The notes under the pieces are model-generated. The model was not told where the DNA came from, searched no databases, and saw only the letters and a program-made list of their open reading frames with translations. Below, piece by piece: positions 57,428-64,000 of a stretch of 64,000 nt of DNA (its first letter is position 1; every line of letters starts with the position of its first letter). The stretch is from a virus, in the IMG/VR virus record IMGVR_UViG_3300021957_003133, positions 32,001 to 96,000 of that record. One strand, given 5' to 3'. The translations under genes were made by a program, and so were the position numbers.

Positions 57428-59308
57428 TTAGTTGGTGATTTCGATTGAAAGTTTTTCTAATTTAGATCTAGCTGTAGGTATTTCTGTAAATGTGTTTACT
57501 AACTCATGTCGTTCGTGTAAGAGGGAAAATGATCCACTACCTTTCCAATATTTCTTAATAAATTCTTTTTTAGCTAGTTTCTGAGTAATTTGATACTTTA
57601 CCTCTTTCTGAACAAATGTAACTATATCAAATTGACTAGTAAATTCAATACTACTATTTAAAGAGACATCAAATATATAGTTTTTTTGTAACTCTTGCAC
57701 AGCATCTGCAGTTTGATTATTGCATTTTGTAAGTTTTCTAAAGGCTTCTATAGCCAATTGCATAATCTTATTTTTTAGTTTAAAGAAAGGCTGGTAACTA
57801 AGGTAATCAAGTCTTCCGGTATCCCTATACTTAGGATCTTTTATCCTACCAGTATTAAATACCTCATATAACAACGACTTAATAAGATTCAGTTGTACAC
57901 TTGCATCAGGATCAGCATACATAAGTCTTTCCATCTCTAAATAGAAATCTAGCATAGATACTTTGAACTGTTTATTTGCAATTTGGCTAATAATATAGCT
58001 GTATCCGGTACTGTGTATATGATTTATTATTTGACTGAACAAATAACAATCAATTATTTCATCTGATGACATCGTTGATGTTCCGGTTACAATTTCACTA
58101 TTTTCTAATATTTGAAAGTCACTTTCAGAGGACGGAGCAACGGAATTAAGATCCGGAGTCAGCACCGATGTAATTTTATATTTTTCTCTGTAAACAACAT
58201 TGGCCATCTCAGTATTTGGTAGTATGCTACACATAAATACATCAAATATTTTATGCTTGCCTTCGTCTAATCTGCCGGTCATTGCCTCATACCAAGACTC
58301 TTTAGTTTCCAATGGTAGGCCAACGATGTATTCCTGCTCATGAGATATATTATTTTCATCAGCAAATTTGATTAAATTTGCAATATCTTTTTCTGGAAGA
58401 TTTTTTCTCTTGATAGCTTTAAGTGTATCCACATTATCTGATTGTAGGCTTATATTAAATCCTGTGTCTTGATTCAAGAGCAGAACTATGTCGTCCATCT
58501 CTTTGTTATATTTTTTAGCATATGACACCCAAATTGATTCTACATACCCATGATCAATTCCTTCTCTAATAATCTTTGCGGCGGCGAGGTCTCTTTGTTT
58601 GAAGATACCAAAATTAGCATCAGCAACATTAACATGTATTAATGTCTTTTTATTTTTGGTCCAATCAATATCATCCTGTAGTCGGTCTAATCCCATGTTA
58701 TACACTTTACTAGCTGTTAGACTGCCCCAATCACAGAAAGAACAAGAGTACGGACAACCACGATTGGTTTCTATCGTCGCGGCCCAATAAAGTTCGGGGT
58801 TGTCATCTAGTAGTTGATTAAATACTCCACTGCCATATGGACTAGGTAATATAGTAAGATCATTGATTCGTTCTCTTTGGTATATTTTCTGCAGATTTTT
58901 ATTTATGAAATCTTCAAGTAATTGCTTAAAATTAATTTCACCTTCTGCAATGATTATTGAATCAATATGCGTGTGTTGGTCTATGGTTTGTTTATTGATA
59001 TGCGGACCACCAAATACTATCTTACAATTAGGGTATCTTAGTTTAATTTTTTTGCTTAGTGCTATATTATAATTAAAATTCCAAACGTAACAACTAAAAC
59101 CGACCATATCAGGGTCGTCTAATCTATCAGTTAGTTCGTCGATTGGCTCTTTGACCGCTAGTATTTCTTTAAGATTAATGTGATTAGTTATTTCTTTAAA
59201 TTGAATTACATATGCCCACAAACATCCAATACTATAGGGTAGCCAGGCAAGAAGTCTGCCGTCAACACCTTCAAGATTGCTAGGCTGGATAAGATATATA
59301 TTCTTCAT
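57428..59308 (-). CDS. Cobalamin-binding radical SAM enzyme (class B-like)
   Basis: LPYSIG, GFSCYVWN, FGGP, EGE, ETNRGCPYSCSFCDW, DANFG, GLP.ET. Confidence 0.88.
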   Translation of the reverse strand: MKNIYLIQPSNLEGVDGRLLAWLPYSIGCLWAYVIQFKEITNHINLKEILAVKEPIDELTDRLDDPDMVGFSCYVWNFNYNIALSKKIKLRYPNCKIVFGGPHINKQTIDQHTHIDSIIIAEGEINFKQLLEDFINKNLQKIYQRERINDLTILPSPYGSGVFNQLLDDNPELYWAATIETNRGCPYSCSFCDWGSLTASKVYNMGLDRLQDDIDWTKNKKTLIHVNVADANFGIFKQRDLAAAKIIREGIDHGYVESIWVSYAKKYNKEMDDIVLLLNQDTGFNISLQSDNVDTLKAIKRKNLPEKDIANLIKFADENNISHEQEYIVGLPLETKESWYEAMTGRLDEGKHKIFDVFMCSILPNTEMANVVYREKYKITSVLTPDLNSVAPSSESDFQILENSEIVTGTSTMSSDEIIDCYLFSQIINHIHSTGYSYIISQIANKQFKVSMLDFYLEMERLMYADPDASVQLNLIKSLLYEVFNTGRIKDPKYRDTGRLDYLSYQPFFKLKNKIMQLAIEAFRKLTKCNNQTADAVQELQKNYIFDVSLNSSIEFTSQFDIVTFVQKEVKYQITQKLAKKEFIKKYWKGSGSFSLLHERHELVNTFTEIPTARSKLEKLSIEITN

Positions 59309-59332
59309 GATATAGTATTTATTGGTTAGTGA

Positions 59333-59908
59333 TTAACCTAAAATAATAGGTTCGTGCTGATCTAAGAAAGCAGATACTTCCTTATAACTGCGGCGAAACT
59401 TAAATTGTAGTGCTTCTCTCGAACCGTTACATTGAATCTCATGAGGTAAGCTTGGGTCTATTAACCAAGCAGTGTTTACTATAGACGGGTATGAGTAAGG
59501 AACATCATTGTCCCAGCTGGTAGTAACAGCATCGGGGTCTTCACAGCTAATAACGAAATTTATATTGCATACGTCCGATGAGTCTTTGTAATCCGTATGT
59601 TTTTTTACATTTTGTAAAGATTTATGATAAAGTATAATAGGATCAAAGTCTGCAAAAAGATCTATTGCTTGTTTGGCCCACGGAAGTTTAGAAAGCAATA
59701 GATCACCACTTAAAAATCCCCAATTTTTTGAATGGATGCCGGTATGATCAACAGCTAAGGTAGTGTTCCCAAAAAGATATCGTTTTGCATAATCAGTATC
59801 ATAATCAACATCGGGCGTACAATGTTTACTTTTTTCATATATGATATCATGTATTTTTCTTACATCAGCCCAATCTTGATGTATGGTTATGTCTACTGAT
59901 CTTATCAT
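59333..59908 (-). CDS. Hypothetical protein, possible cupin/2OG-Fe(II) oxygenase fold
   Basis: HTD...NINF...PHEI...R pattern; likely start MIRSVDI at 59908. Confidence 0.4.
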   Translation of the reverse strand: MIRSVDITIHQDWADVRKIHDIIYEKSKHCTPDVDYDTDYAKRYLFGNTTLAVDHTGIHSKNWGFLSGDLLLSKLPWAKQAIDLFADFDPIILYHKSLQNVKKHTDYKDSSDVCNINFVISCEDPDAVTTSWDNDVPYSYPSIVNTAWLIDPSLPHEIQCNGSREALQFKFRRSYKEVSAFLDQHEPIILG

Positions 59909-60039
59909 ATTAGTACAAATATCACTAGGAATACTGCGACTACATACAAAGCCCATTTCTCAGGTCCTTCTATGTTACCGCGTTTTTTAGATTCGTTACG
60001 TGCTTGTCTCCAAACGTCTTTCCAATCGATCTTCTTCAT
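59905..60039 (-). CDS. 44-aa C-terminally anchored membrane peptide (not in the ORF track)
   Basis: MKKIDWKDVWRQARNESKKRGNIEGPEKWALYVVAVFLVIFVLI; ATAAATA upstream, ATGA overlap downstream. Confidence 0.6.
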   Translation of the reverse strand: MKKIDWKDVWRQARNESKKRGNIEGPEKWALYVVAVFLVIFVLI

Positions 60040-60057
60040 AGTAAAGTATTTATGAAC

Positions 60058-60645
60058 TTACCAGATACTAAGTTTTCTTAAATCAGGATATTGTTTGAAT
60101 TTATATTGTTCTTGATGAGAGCCTAGTAGTTCTAGCCCTCTTTTAGCTTCTTCAGGTGTAGGACGATAATGATATCCCATTTGGAATGTTTTTTGTTTGG
60201 ACCAAGGAGTTATTGATAAGTCTCTACCATCGTAACACATAAGCTTTAATTTTTTGTGAAGCTCTTGATCATCTAGTAGGATAGCACCACCACGCCCAAT
60301 AGTCATTGGTTTATCATAACCAAAACTCAAACACATTATCTGCCCAGCTTTGTACATATTTTCATATAAAGCTCTAGCACTATCCCATATGTTTGTATGC
60401 CAAAAGTAATACATACCATTCCAGTTGATGTTATCGTTAAACTCATATTCAACATCAATCTTTTTAAGCATCATTGGTATTGAAATATAAGTGTGGGGAG
60501 TAAGCTGAGTTCTTTTGTAACCTGTTGCTAGAAATGATAGCTCAAGTGCGTGTGTACAACAATCAGTCATTACTGCGTACTTGGCACCCGTGTATTCTGC
60601 TAGTGCTTGTTCAAATTCTGTTATGAGATCAAATGGATTACTCAA
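60058..60645 (-). CDS. Short DegT/DnrJ/EryC1/StrS-family PLP enzyme
   Basis: FEQALAEYTGAKYAV..CTHAL, DSA, SFGYDK, GGAIL. Confidence 0.75.
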   Translation of the reverse strand: MSNPFDLITEFEQALAEYTGAKYAVMTDCCTHALELSFLATGYKRTQLTPHTYISIPMMLKKIDVEYEFNDNINWNGMYYFWHTNIWDSARALYENMYKAGQIMCLSFGYDKPMTIGRGGAILLDDQELHKKLKLMCYDGRDLSITPWSKQKTFQMGYHYRPTPEEAKRGLELLGSHQEQYKFKQYPDLRKLSIW

Positions 60646-61726
60646 TGTTGTCTAGCAATTCTTGTGCTGAAAAGAATTTTTCAGTAAGACTGTGTGCCTG
60701 TGCTTTAACTAGATGTATATTAGTATCATAGTTTTCTACAAACCAACGAACAGTTTCTACGATAAACGTTTTGTTCTTTTGATAGCTGTCCCAACTTTCA
60801 GTCCATTCGCTTGGATACTTAAACTTATTAGTATACATTTCACTATAACTTAATCTATCAGGAACAAATGGTACACTATCGACTACTGCTCCTTCGTAAC
60901 AGCTGATACCTAGTGTTTCCTGCAAGTTAGCACTAAAAACCATTTTACTTTCGCCAAGTAATTTATGATATTCATCTTTACTCAATGACTGCTCTTGACA
61001 TATTACCCAGTCAAATTGTGGCAAACTTTTAGCTAAGTCTTTAAATATATCTACCTGTTTCTCTGGTGCTATACGATGTGGAAATAATACAAGATCTCGT
61101 TTAGCAAGACCTTTGTATTCGTTGAGTGTATCACTCATATACTCCATAGGCCAACCTGTACGCACAATCTTTTTCTGATACTTCCATATAGCTAGTTGCC
61201 CATCTCTTTCTTTAGCAAGATCCATACCTAACAAGTTCTCGCAGAACATATCAATATGAAAGTCTGTGGCAAAGTAGTTATGATCAATTGATTCAAAGAA
61301 AGCGTGCTCAGTGTGTCTTACCCAATTAGCATCACCTATCAGTCTACCTAAGAAGTCCTGCGGGTCATATGATCCAGCGTGCCATAGTGCATGTATAGTT
61401 ACTTTTATTCCAAGTAACTCACTCATATACTTTAGGTTAATGATACCAGGATGCCAAGCGTCAGTAAAGATAACGTGATCCCCACTGTGTACTTTACCAC
61501 TAGTGAACAAGCGACTGAGTTCCTCAACTTGTCTAGCCTTGTATATGTTAGTACCACCAAAGTTAAGAAAAGCGCCAGGAGTAGTGGCATTGGGAATATC
61601 ACTAGGTCCTTCAATAATTGTAACATTGTGTCCGTTGTCCTTTAATAGTTTAGGTACGTGAGTTTTCCATTGTCCAGTGTATCTGGATTCAACTGCTTCT
61701 AGATCAACTAAGAACACATTGCTCAC
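60638..61726 (-). CDS. GT-B (GT4-like) glycosyltransferase
   Basis: FPHRIAPEKQ, QETLGISCYEG (E-x7-E), HAGSYD. Confidence 0.7.
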   Translation of the reverse strand: MSNVFLVDLEAVESRYTGQWKTHVPKLLKDNGHNVTIIEGPSDIPNATTPGAFLNFGGTNIYKARQVEELSRLFTSGKVHSGDHVIFTDAWHPGIINLKYMSELLGIKVTIHALWHAGSYDPQDFLGRLIGDANWVRHTEHAFFESIDHNYFATDFHIDMFCENLLGMDLAKERDGQLAIWKYQKKIVRTGWPMEYMSDTLNEYKGLAKRDLVLFPHRIAPEKQVDIFKDLAKSLPQFDWVICQEQSLSKDEYHKLLGESKMVFSANLQETLGISCYEGAVVDSVPFVPDRLSYSEMYTNKFKYPSEWTESWDSYQKNKTFIVETVRWFVENYDTNIHLVKAQAHSLTEKFFSAQELLDNIE

Positions 61727-62154
61727 AGTGTTATTCTCTGTGAAGGTCTTGTAGTATTGTATTCAGTTTCACTACCATTTTCGTTATCTTCTGCAACTGA
61801 AATTTTAACATCTCTAGCTGGATACTTTTCAGCAATCTTCAAGTAAAGTGCATCTGATATCATTTCACAGCTTTGATAGTCAAGTTCTAATTCACCACCT
61901 GTTTGATATAAACTTTCACACCAGCGTTTGAACTGTATAAACTCTAGATCTCTGTCATCGTGGAATACTTGTATCCAAACACGGAAATGGAATATGTGTC
62001 TGTGAGGATGACCTAAGAAACTAACGTCTGCTAGTTTAGGATCATCAAGTGCGGCTGGATAATAGTGAATACCTTCACGCTGGAAAGTAACCCATATCAT
62101 CTTTCTAGCATCAGCCATGATTTTGTCTACACGTTCTCTTTGTTCTTGGTTCAT
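61723..62154 (-). CDS. QueD-like T-fold protein (possible DpdL-like CDG decarboxylase)
   Basis: EGIH, HPHRHIFHF, EFIQFK, SCEM, EDNENG; second QueD-fold gene in the locus. Confidence 0.6.
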   Translation of the reverse strand: MNQEQRERVDKIMADARKMIWVTFQREGIHYYPAALDDPKLADVSFLGHPHRHIFHFRVWIQVFHDDRDLEFIQFKRWCESLYQTGGELELDYQSCEMISDALYLKIAEKYPARDVKISVAEDNENGSETEYNTTRPSQRITL

Positions 62155-62348
62155 AGTTCGTCTAATGCCTCTAACATGTCATGTGCATGTGCAATTTTTT
62201 CTAATTCTTTCTCTACTGTTTCTGAATAATCAATATGCTCTGCAACACCTTGTGGATTATTTATAAACAGTGTGATATTAGTTTTGCTAATTTCAATTTG
62301 ATTCTCATACTTTGCTCTAAGATTATTAAGTATCACTGATGTTGCCAT
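62151..62348 (-). CDS. Hypothetical protein
   Basis: NPQGVAEH motif; coupled ORF. Confidence 0.7.
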   Translation of the reverse strand: MATSVILNNLRAKYENQIEISKTNITLFINNPQGVAEHIDYSETVEKELEKIAHAHDMLEALDEL

Positions 62349-62872
62349 TATTCTTCCTCCTTAATGATTTCGTCTTTTCCATATTCTGACCATATAGTCA
62401 TTCGATCGTAACTTTTTAATTTGTCTAATGAATGACACCACACACCGTCATTGGTTGCATTAAAGTCTATGTCATCTATCTTAATAGTAGTGTTATCGTT
62501 ATACTGCTCAATGTTAGGTAGTTTAACTGATATCTGTGTTATGAAACCTTCAAACTCATTGAGTTGTTCTAACCATTTACACTTCTTTTGAACGTGCTTA
62601 ATGTCTAAGTCCAATGTTACTTTATAACCTAAACGTAAGACATGTTCAATTTGACGTACCCACTCACCAATGTTCTCTCCATCAAATGATTGGTTGGCTC
62701 CGAAGTATACATGATCGCATTCATGTTTTGTGGCGATATCGGTAATTTGCTCCGGAGCCATAACTCCAACAACAAACAGTGTGCGTAAATTAAATGCAGG
62801 CGTAACTTCTACTTCATCACCCACAAAATATTTTACGTCTGTTGCACTACCTGTTGCGTAATCTCTTTTCAT
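62348..62872 (-). CDS. Hypothetical protein in the deazaguanine locus (174 aa)
   Basis: Likely start MKRDYATG; EVEVTPA, TLFVVG, HVYFGANQSF, ATNDGVWCH. Confidence 0.7.
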   Translation of the reverse strand: MKRDYATGSATDVKYFVGDEVEVTPAFNLRTLFVVGVMAPEQITDIATKHECDHVYFGANQSFDGENIGEWVRQIEHVLRLGYKVTLDLDIKHVQKKCKWLEQLNEFEGFITQISVKLPNIEQYNDNTTIKIDDIDFNATNDGVWCHSLDKLKSYDRMTIWSEYGKDEIIKEEE

Positions 62873-62878
62873 AATAGT

Positions 62879-62907
62879 ATTATACAGTATATTATGTTCA
62901 AAGTCAA
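62879..62907 (-). promoter_or_regulatory. Sigma70-type promoter, leaderless
   Basis: TTGACT-17 nt-TATAAT-6 nt-ATG. Confidence 0.7.
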
Positions 62908-63251
62908 TACTTCTGTTTCTCAGCAATAACACCACGTACACCGCCTCTAGGATCTGCACAATCGCCGTCTGTGCGTGGAATCATGTGTATATGAGGATAC
63001 ATAACAGTCTGTCCTGCTGACTCGCCTATGTTTTGTCCTATGTTAAATCCAGTGCAATATTCTTTTTGAAATAGATCTATACCCCATTCGTATGCGGCCA
63101 AGTATGTGATCATAAAACAGTTAGGAGTATCTTGCTTAGGAACAAACAGCAAGTGTCCTTTGGTTACAGGATACTTGTCTTCAAACACTAGATAATCTTT
63201 ATTCTCTACTAAAGGTGTTGATTCGTACCAGGGAGTGTCTTCTAGTTTCAT
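62904..63251 (-). CDS. HIT-family nucleotide hydrolase
   Basis: DKYPVTKGHLLFVP, GQTV..PHIHMIPR. Confidence 0.88.
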   Translation of the reverse strand: MKLEDTPWYESTPLVENKDYLVFEDKYPVTKGHLLFVPKQDTPNCFMITYLAAYEWGIDLFQKEYCTGFNIGQNIGESAGQTVMYPHIHMIPRTDGDCADPRGGVRGVIAEKQKY

Positions 63252-63370
63252 ATCTTTTTGTTAATCCATCTAATGATTGCGTAAACAACGAGACCAAGTA
63301 TTATATACATAATCCCATCGAACCAACTAATGTCGTTTAATAAATCTGCTGTAATAAATGATAAGTCCAT
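63248..63370 (-). CDS. 40-aa membrane peptide (not in the ORF track)
   Basis: MDLSFITADLLNDISWFDGIMYIILGLVVYAIIRWINKKI; ATGA overlap with the HIT gene. Confidence 0.6.
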   Translation of the reverse strand: MDLSFITADLLNDISWFDGIMYIILGLVVYAIIRWINKKI

Positions 63371-63371
63371 T

Positions 63372-63554
63372 TTATACTATTCCTTTTTCGAGGTCTTGTT
63401 CTATCTTTTGTATGTGTGCTTTGACCTGTGCTTTTTCCATCTTCATCTTATTAAGACTAACATCATCTAGGTAATCAGTGTACCCTTGTGAGCACTTTTG
63501 GTCAAGTTCTCGGTGTTTAATTTTAAGTGCTTCTAAATGATCTAAATTGCTCAT
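63372..63554 (-). CDS. DUF465/YdcH-like small coiled-coil protein
   Basis: HLEALKIKHRELD...KMEKAQVK. Confidence 0.55.
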   Translation of the reverse strand: MSNLDHLEALKIKHRELDQKCSQGYTDYLDDVSLNKMKMEKAQVKAHIQKIEQDLEKGIV

Positions 63555-64000
63555 GTTTCCTCCATTTCGAGTTTGTCTAATTTATCTTCATCTAATTCAA
63601 CTTCTTGGTCTGTGGTTTCCTCCTCTGCTTCTTGTTCAAACAAATTACTAAACATAGCACTAGCGTTAACAGTTTTCTTGCCAATGGCACCTCTGGTACC
63701 TATAATCGACATCCAAAACTTACTGAATTCTTCAATGATTGCCAATGCTTCACTTTTGTCTGCTGTAGCAAATATTGCGTCAACAATGTCTTTAAAGTAT
63801 AAACGATCAAAACTTTCTTGAACTAACATCTTAGGAACTATACCGTTATCATACTTGATGTTTGCTTGTTGCACGGCATTCAAATGACTCCAAACATTAT
63901 GCCCCATCTGTAATGCGTAGCTAAATGAGTCCCATGATGTTTTACCTTCTTTACCTATTTTATTTAGGTCACCTGGAGCATAGTGACAAATATCATTTAT
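63551..64000 (-). CDS. C-terminus of a TGT/DpdA-like transglycosylase, 5'-truncated by the window edge
   Basis: Frame is open to the window end (INDICHYAPGDLNKIGKEGKTSWDSFSYALQMGHNV...). HNV resembles the C-terminal TGT HN motif; folE/queD/queE context. The catalytic core is not visible. Confidence 0.5.
   Translation of the reverse strand: MNDICHYAPGDLNKIGKEGKTSWDSFSYALQMGHNVWSHLNAVQQANIKYDNGIVPKMLVQESFDRLYFKDIVDAIFATADKSEALAIIEEFSKFWMSIIGTRGAIGKKTVNASAMFSNLFEQEAEEETTDQEVELDEDKLDKLEMEET

Noticed and set aside
62873-62959. ORF-track N-terminal extension of the 203-aa ORF (likewise those ending at 59956, 47965, 47520, 45251 and 39068)
   Set aside because: The extensions overlap upstream genes or promoters; downstream ATGs fit the promoters, RBSs and coupling better.
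1-64000. Stop-codon reassignment, introns/inteins, DGR or mobile elements
   Set aside because: Genes are full-length and tightly packed in the standard code; no RT, integrase, transposase, homing endonuclease or intein motifs were recognised.

Overview
AT-rich, gene-dense 64-kb segment of a large tailed phage, most likely a jumbo myovirus of a Gram-negative host (lineage and host are inferred). There are two convergent blocks that meet at about 37.7 kb. Plus strand, 1-21.6 kb: virion baseplate and fibre genes, including a 4525-aa protein, preceded by T4-late-like ATAAATA motifs. Plus strand, 21.7-37.7 kb: a tightly coupled tailoring operon with four GT-A-like glycosyltransferases, five paralogous N-terminal-twitch radical SAM enzymes, three SGNH-fold proteins, a NodU/CmcH carbamoyltransferase and an APS-kinase-like protein. 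Minus strand, 37.7-64 kb: NDP-sugar epimerase, a dTTP module (MazG-like NTP-PPase, thyA, folA), a MoxR AAA+/VWA-peptidase pair, nucleases and metK. It also holds a dispersed 7-deazaguanine locus (folE, queD, queE, a second QueD-like protein, the C-terminus of a TGT/DpdA-like gene, a GT-B glycosyltransferase and a PRTase), interrupted by an autotransporter-like S8 protease and a B12 radical SAM gene. The most interesting candidates are: (i) a phage-encoded glycan synthesis/tailoring system that may decorate the Asn-motif-rich virion proteins encoded just upstream; (ii) a possibly glycosylated 7-deazaguanine DNA modification; (iii) riboswitch-like pseudoknot leaders on queD and folE; (iv) a 3'-UTR hairpin displaying an anti-RBS sequence; (v) many leaderless transcripts. 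All functional calls come from motifs read by eye; no searches were run.
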